Made by a program: the position numbers and the translations under genes. Under the pieces are notes generated by a model. That model was not told the DNA's origin and did not search any database. It saw nothing but the letters and a program-made list of their open reading frames with translations. From positions 6,029-70,028 of the forward strand of contig NZ_CAXTHV010000007.1 in assembly GCF_964244265.1 (NCBI RefSeq): a stretch of 64,000 bases of DNA, in the 5' to 3' direction. How positions within the stretch are numbered: position 1 is the first letter of the stretch; every line of letters begins with the position of its first letter. Shown here in pieces: positions 1 through 9,984 of this stretch. Origin of the DNA: an uncultured Sphingomonas sp. (lineage in GTDB: Bacteria; Pseudomonadota; Alphaproteobacteria; Sphingomonadales; Sphingomonadaceae).

Positions 1-699
1 GGTGATCAGCGATCCCGATCGGGGCGCCGCTTCGACGACCACGGTGCCGACCGCGAGCCCGGCGATCACGCGATTGCGGTGGGGGAAGTTGCGCGCCAGC
101 GGCTCGGACCCGGGTGGTTGTTCGGCGATCAACAGGCCTTCATCGGCAACCCGCTCCTGCAACTCGCGATTCTCTGGCGGGAAGGCGATGTCGATGCCGC
201 TGGCGATCACCCCGATCGTCCCGGTCGCCAGCGACCCCTGATGCGCTGCGGTATCCAGCCCGCGCGCCAGCCCTGATGCCACCACGATACCCTCGTGGCC
301 CAGGTCCGCCGCCAGCCCGCGGGCGAAGCGGCAGGCGGCGGCCGACGCGTTGCGCGCGCCGACCATCGCCACCACCGTCCGCCCGGCCAGCGCCAGGTCG
401 CCGCGCAGCGTCACCGCCACCGGCGCATTGTCGAGTTCGGCGAGGAGCGGTGGATAATCGGGATCGTCGATGAACAGATAGCGCGCGCCGAGCCGCTCGG
501 TCGTGGCGATCTCGCGCTCGATCGCCCCGCGATCGGCGATGCGCGGCGCGCGCCCGCCGCCGCGCGCGGCCAGATCGGGAAGGGCATCGATCGCCGCCTG
601 GGCGCTGCCGAACCGCGCGATCAGCGCGCACCAGGTGACCGGGCCGATTGTCGGCGTACGGATCAGGCGCAGCCGTGCGACGCGACCGTCGTCAGCCAC
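1..699 (-). CDS. dprA: DNA-processing protein DprA (3' end runs off the window)
   Basis: Manual translation from GTG 699: ...RLRLIRTPTIGPV...DYPPLL...VAMVGARNAS...VASGLARGLDTAAH...NFPHRNRVIAGL...VVVEAAPRSGSLIT. Overlaps the plsY stop. Not in the ORF track because it is open-ended. Confidence 0.93.
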   Translation of the reverse strand, partial: MADDGRVARLRLIRTPTIGPVTWCALIARFGSAQAAIDALPDLAARGGGRAPRIADRGAIEREIATTERLGARYLFIDDPDYPPLLAELDNAPVAVTLRGDLALAGRTVVAMVGARNASAAACRFARGLAADLGHEGIVVASGLARGLDTAAHQGSLATGTIGVIASGIDIAFPPENRELQERVADEGLLIAEQPPGSEPLARNFPHRNRVIAGLAVGTVVVEAAPRSGSLIT

Positions 700-1297
700 T
701 ATCGGCGCCAATGCGCGGCTCGATGCCCTTGATCAACCGCTCGAGATTGGCGCGGTGCTTCCAGAGCACCAGCAACGCCAGCGCGAGCAGCAACAGGACA
801 TATTCGAACAGCCCGAACAGCGCCGCTGTAACCGGCGCCGAGATCGCCGCCGACGTCCCGGCGATCGACGAGATGTGGAACGCCGCCAGCAAGCCCAGCC
901 AGACGATGGCGAACACCAATGCCAGCGGCCAGTAGAGGCCAAGCACGATGCCCATCAACGTCGCCACACCCTTGCCCCCCCGGAAACCGAGCCAGACCGG
1001 ATAGAGGTGGCCGAGCAATACGGCGGCCGCGGCCGGGACAACATGTCCGCCGAACAGCCGGCCCGCCAGCCATACCGCCAGCCAGCCCTTGCCGAGATCG
1101 AGCAGGAGCGTGGCCGCCGCCAGCCCCTTGTGCCCGCTGCGCAGGACGTTGGTCGCACCGATATTGCCCGATCCGATGCTGCGCGGATCACCCGCGCCCG
1201 CCAAGCCGGTCAGGATGACGCCGAAAGGAAGCGATCCCAGCAAATAGCCTGCCATCGTCGCCCCCGCGGGCGCGGCCCACAAATGTTCGGTAGCCAA
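692..1297 (-). CDS. plsY: Glycerol-3-phosphate acyltransferase PlsY
   Basis: GYLLGSLPFG, GSGNIGATNVLR, GHLYPVWLGFRGGKGVAT and KHRANLERL motifs. Start may be a few codons later. Confidence 0.95.
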   Translation of the reverse strand: MATEHLWAAPAGATMAGYLLGSLPFGVILTGLAGAGDPRSIGSGNIGATNVLRSGHKGLAAATLLLDLGKGWLAVWLAGRLFGGHVVPAAAAVLLGHLYPVWLGFRGGKGVATLMGIVLGLYWPLALVFAIVWLGLLAAFHISSIAGTSAAISAPVTAALFGLFEYVLLLLALALLVLWKHRANLERLIKGIEPRIGADSG

Positions 1298-1414
1298 TCA
1301 ACCCCCCGTTCCGTTCGGAACATAGCCGATACGATTTTCCTGCGCTACTTGATCCGTGTTAGGGCGCACCCCGGTCGTTGCGCCGTGATCGCCCCGGCCC
1401 TACAGGTCCGGGCG

Positions 1415-2206
1415 ATGGACGACCGGCCGCTGATGGTGTTCGATTCCGGGGTCGGCGGACTGTCGGTCCTGGGCGCCATCCGCCTGCTGCTGCCTCGGGC
1501 ATCAATGGTCTATGTCGCCGATTCGGCCGGTTTTCCCTATGGCGTCCGCCCCGAAGCGGAAATCGCGGCGCGGGTGCCCGCCTTGCTCGGGCGGCTCGCC
1601 GAGCGGTATGATCCGCGACTCATCGTCGTGGCGTGCAACACCGCCTCGACCATCGCGCTGGCCGCGGTGCGCGCCGCGCTCGACGTCGCGGTGGTCGGGA
1701 CGGTGCCCGCGATCAAGCCCGCCGCCGCGCTCAGCCGGACGCGGACGATCGGTGTGCTCGGGACGCAGGCGACGGTGCGCCAGCCCTATGTCGACGATCT
1801 CGCGGCGCGATTCGCCGCCGATTGCCAGGTGTTGCGGCACGGCTCGGCGGCGCTGGTCGAGCTGGCCGAGGCAAAGCTGCGCGGCGAGGCGATCGCGCTC
1901 GATTCCTATCGCTCGGCGGTCGCGGGGCTGTTTGACCAGCCGGGTGGTGACGCGATCGACGTGGTGGTCAACGCCTGCACTCACTTTCCCCTGGTGGCCG
2001 ACGCGCTGGCCCGTGCCGCCCCGCATCCGGTGCGCTTTGTCGACGGCGCGGCGGGGATCGCGCGGCGCGTGGCGACGCTGACCCACGGACAGGAATGGCC
2101 GGCAACCCCATCGGGCCGCGCCGTGTTCACGCGTCGTGATGCCGCCAGCGATGCGTTGGCGCCGGCGCTGGCCGGCTATGGCCTCCTGCAGGTCGAGGCG
2201 CTTTAG
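1415..2206 (+). CDS. murI: Glutamate racemase
   Basis: FDSGVGGLSVL, VACNTAS and NACTHFP catalytic Cys motifs. True start taken as ATG 1415 inside track ORF 503..2206. Confidence 0.95.
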   Translation: MDDRPLMVFDSGVGGLSVLGAIRLLLPRASMVYVADSAGFPYGVRPEAEIAARVPALLGRLAERYDPRLIVVACNTASTIALAAVRAALDVAVVGTVPAIKPAAALSRTRTIGVLGTQATVRQPYVDDLAARFAADCQVLRHGSAALVELAEAKLRGEAIALDSYRSAVAGLFDQPGGDAIDVVVNACTHFPLVADALARAAPHPVRFVDGAAGIARRVATLTHGQEWPATPSGRAVFTRRDAASDALAPALAGYGLLQVEAL

Positions 2207-2257
2207 GCCCATTTCGTCGTGGAAATCATCGGCTGCGCGCGCTATCGGGCGAAAATC

Positions 2258-3499
2258 ATGAAGGCTACCGCCCCTGCGCGTGCGATCGACTATTCGCGGG
2301 TTTTCACCCAGGCAATCGACCGGCTTCATGCCGAGGGACGCTATCGGGTGTTCATCGACATCCTGCGCAACAAGGGCGTTTATCCAAATGCGCGCTGCTT
2401 CGCCGGCCACAACGGCCCCAAGCCGATCACCGTCTGGTGCTCGAACGACTATCTCGCGATGGGCCAGCATCCCAGGGTGATCGCGGCGATGGAGGATGCG
2501 CTGCACGATGTCGGCGCGGGATCGGGCGGCACACGCAACATCGGCGGCAACACGCATTACCATATCGACCTGGAACAGGAACTCGCCGACCTGCACGGCA
2601 AGCAGGGCGCGTTGTTGTTCACCAGCGGCTATGTCTCGAACGACGCGACGCTGTCGACGCTGGGCAAGGTCCTGCCTGGATGCGTGATCTTCTCCGACGT
2701 GCTGAACCATGCGTCGATGATCGCGGGCATCCGCAATTCGGGATGCGAGAAGCGCGTTTTCCGCCACAATGACCTTGATCATCTCGAGGAGTTGCTGGCG
2801 GCCGAAGACCCTTTGCTGCCCAAGCTGATCGCGTTCGAGAGCGTTTATTCAATGGAGGGCGATATTGCTCCCCTGGCCAGCATTTGCGACCTTGCCGACA
2901 AGTACAATGCGCTGACCTATCTCGACGAGGTGCACGCGGTCGGGATGTACGGCCCGCGCGGCGGCGGAATCAGTGAACGTGACGGCGTGGCGCATCGCCT
3001 GACCATCATCGAAGGCACGCTGGGCAAGGCGTTCGGCGTAATGGGCGGCTATGTCGCTGCCGACCAGACCATCATCGACGTCATCCGCAGTTATGCTCCG
3101 GGCTTCATCTTCACCACCAGCCTGTCGCCCGTATTGGTCGCCGGGGTGCTGGCCAGCGTTCGCCACTTGAAGGCATCGACCGCGGAACGCGACAGCCAGC
3201 AGGCCATGGCGGCGATGCTGAAAACGATGCTGACGGATGCCGGCCTGCCGATCATGTCGGGCAATACGCACATCGTGCCGGTGATGGTCGGCGATCCCGT
3301 CAAGGCAAAGCGGATCAGCGACATCCTGCTCGCCGAATACGGCATCTACGTCCAGCCGATCAACTATCCCACCGTGCCGCGCGGCACCGAACGTCTGCGC
3401 TTCACGCCAGGCCCGGCGCACACGCCCGCGATGATGCGCGACCTGACCGATGCGCTGGTCGAGATCTGGGGCCGACTTGAATTGCGCAAGGCGGCGTAG
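2258..3499 (+). CDS. hemA: 5-aminolevulinate synthase
   Basis: [40 protein letters not shown] (PLP Lys), [10 protein letters not shown]. Confidence 0.96.
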   Translation: MKATAPARAIDYSRVFTQAIDRLHAEGRYRVFIDILRNKGVYPNARCFAGHNGPKPITVWCSNDYLAMGQHPRVIAAMEDALHDVGAGSGGTRNIGGNTHYHIDLEQELADLHGKQGALLFTSGYVSNDATLSTLGKVLPGCVIFSDVLNHASMIAGIRNSGCEKRVFRHNDLDHLEELLAAEDPLLPKLIAFESVYSMEGDIAPLASICDLADKYNALTYLDEVHAVGMYGPRGGGISERDGVAHRLTIIEGTLGKAFGVMGGYVAADQTIIDVIRSYAPGFIFTTSLSPVLVAGVLASVRHLKASTAERDSQQAMAAMLKTMLTDAGLPIMSGNTHIVPVMVGDPVKAKRISDILLAEYGIYVQPINYPTVPRGTERLRFTPGPAHTPAMMRDLTDALVEIWGRLELRKAA

Positions 3500-3526
3500 C
3501 CGTTTCTCTCCGTGTCAAGCAGGGGG

Positions 3527-4009
3527 CTAGGGTGCAGGCTTGCCGCCGATTTCACTCACGTTTCCGGCGAATTCCTCGAAATCCTTTGCTTCGCCGAAAT
3601 CGCGATAGACGCTGGCGAATCGGATATAGGCCACTGAATCGAGGCTCTTCAGCCCCTCCATCACCATTTCACCGATCAGCTTCGACGATATTTCGGAATC
3701 GCCCAGTGTTTCGAGCTGGCGCTGGATGCCAGACGCCAGCTTCTCGATCCTCAGCGCTTCGATCGGGCGCTTGCGCGTGGCGATCGCGATGGACCGCATC
3801 AGCTTGTCGCGATCAAACGGCTCGCGGCGCAGCCCGCCCGATCCCTCGCTCTTGAGGACGACCAGCTCGCGCAGCTGGATGCGTTCGAACGTCGTGAAGC
3901 GCGCCGCGCAGCCTTCGCACTGGCGACGGCGGCGGATCGCGGCGCCATCGTCGGTCGGCCGCGAATCCTTTACCTGGCTGTCCTCATGGCCGCAAAAGGG
4001 GCACCGCAT
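3527..4009 (-). CDS. nrdR: Transcriptional repressor NrdR
   Basis: MRCPFC...DSRP...IRRRRQC..C..RFTTFE zinc ribbon and ATP-cone [11 protein letters not shown]. Confidence 0.96.
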   Translation of the reverse strand: MRCPFCGHEDSQVKDSRPTDDGAAIRRRRQCEGCAARFTTFERIQLRELVVLKSEGSGGLRREPFDRDKLMRSIAIATRKRPIEALRIEKLASGIQRQLETLGDSEISSKLIGEMVMEGLKSLDSVAYIRFASVYRDFGEAKDFEEFAGNVSEIGGKPAP

Positions 4010-4015
4010 GCGTAC

Positions 4016-4255
4016 CTATTGGTTCTTTCGCAGCGCGGCATAGCCCAAGCCGAGCAACGCACCGCCGAGCAGCGAGATCGGCAAAACAATCGCCGCCAGC
4101 GCGCCGACCGCCGCACCGCCGACCAGCTTGTTGCCGTTCTCGCCGCCGAGAAACTTCGCCGTATGGTCGACCGCGCTGTCCAGCAGATCGGTGACATCGT
4201 CGCCTACCGCGCGCACGGTGTCTTCAAAGGTGGTCTTTTTCGGCTGCTCGTCCAT
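4016..4255 (-). CDS. Small hypothetical membrane protein (79 aa)
   Basis: ATG 4255 with GGAG upstream, 1 nt after the glyA stop. Hydrophilic N-half and Gly/Ala-rich hydrophobic C-half. Confidence 0.65.
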   Translation of the reverse strand: MDEQPKKTTFEDTVRAVGDDVTDLLDSAVDHTAKFLGGENGNKLVGGAAVGALAAIVLPISLLGGALLGLGYAALRKNQ

Positions 4256-4256
4256 G

Positions 4257-5570
4257 TCACTTCTCCGGATAAATCGGGAACCGGTGACATAGCGTACTAA
4301 CACGCTCACGCACAGTCTTTTCTACCTGGGCATCGCCTTGTTCACCATTTTTTGCCAGGCCGTCGAGCACGTCGGCGACCATGTGGCCGATCTCGCGAAA
4401 CTCGCCGGGGCCAAAGCCGCGCGTGGTGCCGGCCGGGCTGCCGACGCGGATGCCGCTGGTCTTGACCGGGGGCAGCGGATCGTTGGGGATGCCGTTCTTG
4501 TTGCAGGTGATGCCGGCCCGCTCCAGCGCCTCGTCCGCATCCTTGCCGGTGACGCCGAGCGGGGTCAGATCGACCAGCGCCAAATGCGTGTCGGTGCCGC
4601 CGGAGACGAGATTGCAGCCGCGCTCCTTTAGAGTCGCCGCCAAGACCTTGGCATTGGCGATGATCGCCGCAGCATAGGATTTGAAGTCGGGCTGGAGCGC
4701 CTCGCCAAAAGCGACCGCCTTGGCGGCGATGACGTGCATCAGCGGCCCGCCCTGCAACCCGGGGAATACCGCCGAGTTGATCTTCTTGGCGATGGCCTCG
4801 TCATCGGTCATGACCATGCCGCCGCGCGGACCGCGCAGCGTCTTGTGCGTAGTGGTGGTGACGACGTGCGCGTGGCCGAACGGGGTGGGGTGGACGCCGC
4901 CCGCGACCAGCCCCGCGAAATGCGCCATGTCGACCATGAACAGCGCGCCGACCTCGTCGGCGATCGCACGGAAACGAGCGAAGTCGATTGCCCGCGGATA
5001 GGCCGATCCACCGGTGATAACCAGCTTGGGCCGATGCTCCCTGGCCAGCCGCTCGACCTGGTCGAAGTCGATCAGGTGGGTATCGGGGTCGACGCCATAT
5101 TGGACCGCGTTGAACCACTTGCCGCTCATCGCCGCCTTCGCGCCATGCGTCAGGTGCCCGCCGGCATCCAGGCTCAGCCCCATGATCGTGTCGCCCGGCC
5201 TGGTCAGCGCGAGCATCACCGCGCCGTTCGCCTGCGCCCCCGAATGCGGCTGGACGTTGGCGAAGCCGCAATCGAACAGGCTCTTGGCCCGGTCGATTGC
5301 GAGCTGCTCGACCTCGTCAGAGGGGTGGCACCCTTGGTAATAACGTTTGCCGGGATACCCTTCTGCATATTTGTTGGTGAATACCGAACCCTGCGCAGCC
5401 AGAACCGCCTTCGACACGATGTTCTCGCTCGCGATCAGCTCGATCTGGTCCTGTTCGCGGGCCAGCTCGTGCGCGATGCCGGCAAATACGGCGGGGTCGG
5501 CTTCGGCCAGGTCACGAGTGAAGAAGCCGTCCGGCTGGACGTCATGGAGCGCGGCCGGGTTTGTACTCAT
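4257..5570 (-). CDS. glyA: Serine hydroxymethyltransferase
   Basis: [46 protein letters not shown]. Start ATG 5570 with AAGGAA RBS. Confidence 0.97.
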   Translation of the reverse strand: MSTNPAALHDVQPDGFFTRDLAEADPAVFAGIAHELAREQDQIELIASENIVSKAVLAAQGSVFTNKYAEGYPGKRYYQGCHPSDEVEQLAIDRAKSLFDCGFANVQPHSGAQANGAVMLALTRPGDTIMGLSLDAGGHLTHGAKAAMSGKWFNAVQYGVDPDTHLIDFDQVERLAREHRPKLVITGGSAYPRAIDFARFRAIADEVGALFMVDMAHFAGLVAGGVHPTPFGHAHVVTTTTHKTLRGPRGGMVMTDDEAIAKKINSAVFPGLQGGPLMHVIAAKAVAFGEALQPDFKSYAAAIIANAKVLAATLKERGCNLVSGGTDTHLALVDLTPLGVTGKDADEALERAGITCNKNGIPNDPLPPVKTSGIRVGSPAGTTRGFGPGEFREIGHMVADVLDGLAKNGEQGDAQVEKTVRERVSTLCHRFPIYPEK

Positions 5571-5805
5571 GCGAGGTTCCTTGACTGGCTGGCGAGCACA
5601 TCGATCCGATGCCGGAGGCGAGCCGCCGCGGCGTGGAGCGTCCGAACGCAAGGCTGCTCTCCCGGCGCTCTCCGCTTGTTCCTTACGCTCCATCAGGCGG
5701 TTGCGCTACCCTCACTGTGAGGCATCGGCGTGGCCAATCGCCGCGTCGGTGCCTGACCGACGCTAGACATTGCCGCGACACTGGTCGCCGGGCTAGGGTT
5801 GGACG

Positions 5806-6366
5806 ATGACCAATCCTGCCGAGGCCCGCGCGCAACTGACCGAAGCGCTGATGCTTACCGGCAAGCAGGACCGTGTCGCGTTCCGGGACGTGTACCGGCT
5901 CACCTCGGCGAAGCTTTTCGGGATTTGCCTGCGTATCTGCGCGGACCGTCAAGCCGCAGAGGATGTGTTGCACGAAGTATATCTAATCGTCTGGCGCCGT
6001 GCCGGCGCTTTCGAGCCGGGTCGGGCTAGTCCGATCACCTGGCTGGCCACGATCGCACGCAACCGCGCGATCGACTGGCGGCGGGCCAATGGCCGTGCCT
6101 GGGTGGCGATGGACGACGTGCCCGAGATGGTCGACGCGTCGCCGCTGGCCAGCGACACGATCATCGCCGACCAGACCGCGCACCGGCTCGTCGATTGCCT
6201 GGATGAATTGGAAGAGCGGCCGCGCAGTGCGATCCGCAACGCCTTTTTCGACGGGGCGACTTATGCCGAGCTGGCAGTCAGGCAAGACGTGCCGCTGGGC
6301 ACGCTGAAAAGCTGGGTGCGCCGCGGACTGATGAGACTGAAGGAGTGCCTCGATCGTGGCGACTAG
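5806..6366 (+). CDS. ECF sigma-70 factor (SigK-like)
   Basis: AEDVLHEVY..VW region 2, WLATIARNRAID, region 4 PLGTLKSWVRRGL. Overlaps an anti-sigma gene. Confidence 0.9.
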   Translation: MTNPAEARAQLTEALMLTGKQDRVAFRDVYRLTSAKLFGICLRICADRQAAEDVLHEVYLIVWRRAGAFEPGRASPITWLATIARNRAIDWRRANGRAWVAMDDVPEMVDASPLASDTIIADQTAHRLVDCLDELEERPRSAIRNAFFDGATYAELAVRQDVPLGTLKSWVRRGLMRLKECLDRGD

Positions 6367-7078
6367 CATCGACGATTCGTCGACTGTCGTCGCCGCTGAG
6401 CTCGCGCTGGGGCTGCTCGATGGCGCGGAGAGGGCGGAGGCGCAGCGGCGCGTGCTCGCCGACCCCGATTTCGCCCTGACCGTAGACGGCTGGCGCGTGC
6501 GCTTTGCCGACCTGTTCGCTTATTGGCCTGACCAGGCGGCGCCCGCCACCGCTTGGTCGCGCATCGTCGCTGCCATCGACGATGGGGGGCTGGGAGTCGC
6601 GGCGTTGTCGTCGCGCGCCGTCGCCCTGTGGCGCGGCGCGGCGCTGGCGGCGGCGCTGGTCGCGGCCAGCCTGCTGGTCGTCGTCGTCGCGCGGACGCCG
6701 TCAAAGTTGGTCCCGGCACCGACGCCCGCGTCAAGCTCGGCCCCGGCGCTGGTGGCGGTGATCGCGCCGACCGGCGGGGATGGCGCGCCGATCGCCGCCC
6801 TCTATGATCCCGGTGCCGGTACGCTGCGCCTGGCGGGCGTGGTCGCAATGGCCGGCGATCACGATGCCGAATTGTGGGTGATCCCGGTGGATGGCAAGCC
6901 GCGTTCCTTGGGATTGCTGGCACATGACCGCGCCACCGCTCTGGTCGTCGGGCGTACGCTCAGGGCCGACCTGGCACGCGGCGCGCAGCTGGCGGTGTCG
7001 CGTGAGCCGCTGGGTGGCTCGCCGACCGGCCAGCCGACCGGCGCGGTTGTTGCGGCCGGTACGCTGACCCGGATCTGA
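6356..7078 (+). CDS. RskA-type anti-sigma factor
   Basis: AAELALGLL N-terminus, single TM (LWRGAALAAALVAASLLVVVV), C-terminal ELWVI..DGKPRSLGLL and LAVSREPLGGSPTGQPTG. Confidence 0.88.
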   Translation: MATSIDDSSTVVAAELALGLLDGAERAEAQRRVLADPDFALTVDGWRVRFADLFAYWPDQAAPATAWSRIVAAIDDGGLGVAALSSRAVALWRGAALAAALVAASLLVVVVARTPSKLVPAPTPASSSAPALVAVIAPTGGDGAPIAALYDPGAGTLRLAGVVAMAGDHDAELWVIPVDGKPRSLGLLAHDRATALVVGRTLRADLARGAQLAVSREPLGGSPTGQPTGAVVAAGTLTRI

Positions 7079-7099
7079 GGCAACAATCTCTGCTCATGC

Positions 7100-7126
7100 T
7101 GCATCCGGCGATGCTTTCGCCCCGTA
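7100..7126 (+). promoter_or_regulatory. Putative ECF-sigma promoter TGCATCC-N16-CGTA
   Basis: Motif lies 21 nt after the anti-sigma stop and resembles TGATCC...CGTA-type ECF promoters. Confidence 0.5.
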
Positions 7127-7132
7127 GCTGCG

Positions 7133-7231
7133 GAGCTTGCTTGCAAAGGCGTCAGGGCGACCTATCCCCCCTCTAAACTAGGGCGTCCAGGTGCGGACCG
7201 TCGGCGTCTTGCGCGTCCGACGGGCCGCACC
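7133..7231 (+). ncRNA. Candidate sRNA or structured leader with a C-rich loop
   Basis: Stem GGCGACCTA/TAGGGCGTC encloses TCCCCCCTCTAAAC. A GC hairpin follows: GGTGCGG-A-CCGTCGG...CCGACGG-G-CCGCACC (7190-7231). Confidence 0.35.
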
Positions 7232-7351
7232 GACATGGCGTTCATGCTCGGTCCAGCGCGTTGCCCGCCGACGGTGTCGAAAACGGCACGGGAATGGCCT
7301 AGCGCGGAACGGCGCGGCACGGTAAGGCCCGCGCTTTCAGGACATCGATCC

Positions 7352-8587
7352 ATGGCCGTTGCTGCCCGAACCGAAAAGAACAATGCCGTTCGCGCGGCGG
7401 TCCATCGTCACGAGCATCTGACCAAACAGGGCATCCTGGAACGCGCCTTCACCTTTGCCTTTCGCGGGCTGGTTTACGCCCAGATCTGGGAGGATCCGGC
7501 GGTCGACATGGAGGCGCTGGCCATCCAGCCCGACAACCATGTGATCACGATCGCGTCGGGCGGGTGCAATGCGCTGAGCTACCTGACGGCCAATCCCGCG
7601 AAGATTACGGCGGTGGACCTCAACACCGCGCACATCGCGCTGAACAAGCTCAAGCTGGCCGCGGCGCGTCACCTGCCCGATTACGAGCATTTCCACCGCT
7701 TCTTCGGGCAGGCCAATTCCAAGGCGAACCTGGCCGCGTACAAGGCCCATGTCCGGCCGCATCTCGACGAGCCGACCCGGCGTTACTGGGAAAGCCGGGA
7801 TGTCATCGGCCGACGCCGCATCGGCGGTTTTGCGCGTGGTCTATACAAGCGCGGGCTGCTGGGTGGGTTCATCGGCGCGGCGCATGTCATCGCGCGTCTG
7901 CACGGCGTTGACCCCCGCGCCATCCTGAAGGCCGTGTCGGTCGAGGAGCAGCGAGAGATCTTCGATCGTGAATACGCACCGTTCTTCGACAAGGCGTTCG
8001 TTCGCTGGCTGACTGACCAGCCCGCCTCGCTGTTCGGGCTGGGCATCCCACCCGCGCAATATGAGGCGCTGGCCGGGGACGCCAAGATGGCGACGGTGCT
8101 GCGCGAGCGGCTGGAGAAGCTGGCCTGCGACTTCGACCTGAAGGACAATTATTTTGCGTGGCAGGCATTTGGCCGCGGTTATGGCGACGGGCCCGGGGCA
8201 CCGCTGCCGCCTTATCTCCAGGCTGAAAATTACGCGCAAGTGGTCGACCGGCTCGATCGGATGGAGATCCTCCACGCCAATTACGCCGAGTATCTGCATG
8301 GCCGGCCCGACGCGTCGCTCGACCGCTACATCCTGCTCGACGCGCAGGACTGGATGACCGACGCGCAACTGACCGACCTGTGGCGCGAGATCACGCGCAC
8401 CGCGCGTTCCGGCTCGCGCGTCCTGTTCCGCACCGCCGGCCAGCCCACCATCCTGCCCGGGCGGGTGCCCGACGCGATCCTCGGCCGGTGGCGGTACGAG
8501 GCGGCGGCGTCGCGCGACTATACCCGACGCGACCGATCGTCGATCTATGGCGGCGTCCATCTCTATGTGCTGGAGGACGCCGCCTGA
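7352..8587 (+). CDS. btaA: SAM:diacylglycerol 3-amino-3-carboxypropyltransferase (DUF3419), betaine lipid synthesis
   Basis: GLVYAQIWEDP, IASGGCNALSYL, NYFAWQAFGR, LLDAQDWM, DRSSIYGG. Followed by a methyltransferase. Confidence 0.88.
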   Translation: MAVAARTEKNNAVRAAVHRHEHLTKQGILERAFTFAFRGLVYAQIWEDPAVDMEALAIQPDNHVITIASGGCNALSYLTANPAKITAVDLNTAHIALNKLKLAAARHLPDYEHFHRFFGQANSKANLAAYKAHVRPHLDEPTRRYWESRDVIGRRRIGGFARGLYKRGLLGGFIGAAHVIARLHGVDPRAILKAVSVEEQREIFDREYAPFFDKAFVRWLTDQPASLFGLGIPPAQYEALAGDAKMATVLRERLEKLACDFDLKDNYFAWQAFGRGYGDGPGAPLPPYLQAENYAQVVDRLDRMEILHANYAEYLHGRPDASLDRYILLDAQDWMTDAQLTDLWREITRTARSGSRVLFRTAGQPTILPGRVPDAILGRWRYEAAASRDYTRRDRSSIYGGVHLYVLEDAA

Positions 8588-9234
8588 GCGCCCAGCCCCA
8601 TGCCGCGCAGATGGACGCGATCTATCGCACCCAGCGCCACTTCTATGATCTCACCCGCAAATATTACCTGCTGGGCCGTGACGCGCTGATCGCCGGGCTG
8701 GCGCCCCCGCCCGGCGGCAGCATGATCGAGATCGGCTGCGGCACCGGACGCAACCTGATCGCTGCCGCCATAAGGTGGCCCGATGCGCGCCTGTTCGGCA
8801 TCGACATCTCCGAAGCGATGCTGGCGACGGCGCGCGCGAAGGTCGCCGCCGCCGGCCTGTCGGCGCGGATCGTGCTGGCGCAGGGTGACGCCACCGCCTT
8901 CGATGCTGCGGCGCTGTTCGGCCAGGCGACGTTCGACCGCGTATTCCAGAGCTATACATTGTCGATGATCCCCGACTGGCGCAGCGCGCTTCGCCAGGGC
9001 GCGCACAAGCTGGCGCCCGGCGGACGGCTCGACATCGTCGATTTCGGCCAGCAGGAGGCGTTGCCAGGCTGGTGGCGGACGCTGCTGTTTGCCTGGCTCG
9101 GCAAGTTCGACGTGACGCCGCACGCCAGCCTGTTCGTCGAGGTCGATGCGATTGCGGGTGCTGGCGGGCTGACCGCAGCGCATCGCGCGATGTATCGGGG
9201 CTATGCGTGGAGCGCGCAGCTGGCGCGTGGCTGA
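8584..9234 (+). CDS. btaB: SAM-dependent N-methyltransferase BtaB
   Basis: MDAIYRTQRHFYDLTRKYYLLGRD, EIGCGTGRNL, SYTLSMIPDW. Start is CTG 8584 (good SD spacing) or ATG 8611. Confidence 0.85.
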   Translation: MSAQPHAAQMDAIYRTQRHFYDLTRKYYLLGRDALIAGLAPPPGGSMIEIGCGTGRNLIAAAIRWPDARLFGIDISEAMLATARAKVAAAGLSARIVLAQGDATAFDAAALFGQATFDRVFQSYTLSMIPDWRSALRQGAHKLAPGGRLDIVDFGQQEALPGWWRTLLFAWLGKFDVTPHASLFVEVDAIAGAGGLTAAHRAMYRGYAWSAQLARG

Positions 9235-9946
9235 GAACCCCGTAATCGTGCTCGTCCGGCCGCAACTGGGTGAGAATATCGGCCAGGCGGCGCGTGCCAT
9301 GCTCAATTTCGGGCTGGTCGACCTGCGGTTGGTGGCACCCAGGGACGGCTGGCCCAATCCGCAGGCGGGTCCGGCGGCATCGGGCGCGGACCGGGTGCTG
9401 GAACGCGCGGCGGTATTCGACTCGGTTGCCGCAGCGGTCGCCGATTGCCATCATGTCTTTGCCACCACCGTGCGCAAGCGCGGCGTGACCAAGCCGGTGC
9501 TGACGCCGGCGGCGGCGGCGCGCGCGATCCACGCCGCGCGGGGCTGTACCGCGATCCTGTTCGGGCCGGAGCGGTCGGGGTTGGAGACCGACGACGTCGC
9601 CTTGGCCCGCACGATCATCACCGTGCCGATCAACCCCGAATTCGGCAGCCTGAACCTCGCTCAGGCGGTGATCCTCGTCGCCTATGAATGGTCAAGGGGG
9701 CGAGCATTGGCGCAACCGCCCCAATCCGACCTGCCACTGCCCGCGCCGCAGGAGGAACTTGACGGCATGATCGCCCAGCTCGATGCGATGCTGGTCGCTG
9801 CCGGGTTCTTCCATCTTCCCGATCGCATGCCGGTGACGCGGCGAACCTTGCGTACGCTCCTGACCAAGCCCGGCTGGTCGAGCCAGGAGGTACGCACGCT
9901 GCGCGGCGTGCTGTCGGCACTCGCCGGCAAGCGGCCGAGAGCTTGA
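9227..9946 (+). CDS. trmJ: SPOUT RNA methyltransferase, TrmJ/LasT family
   Basis: VLVRPQLGENIGQAARAMLNFG, ILFGPERSGL, SLNLAQAV. Confidence 0.85.
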   Translation: MAENPVIVLVRPQLGENIGQAARAMLNFGLVDLRLVAPRDGWPNPQAGPAASGADRVLERAAVFDSVAAAVADCHHVFATTVRKRGVTKPVLTPAAAARAIHAARGCTAILFGPERSGLETDDVALARTIITVPINPEFGSLNLAQAVILVAYEWSRGRALAQPPQSDLPLPAPQEELDGMIAQLDAMLVAAGFFHLPDRMPVTRRTLRTLLTKPGWSSQEVRTLRGVLSALAGKRPRA

Positions 9947-9984
9947 TGCATCTTAGACAAACCATTATTGCATATGCGAAGAAA

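Noticed and set aside
503-1414. N-terminal 300 aa of track ORF 503..2206
   Set aside because: Antisense shadow of dprA/plsY. MurI motifs begin at ATG 1415.
5571-5800. ZTP or glycine riboswitch upstream of glyA
   Set aside because: The GACUGGCG...CGCCUGGG and CCGAAG...CUCAGG cores are not present on the coding strand. Kept only as an unclassified leader.
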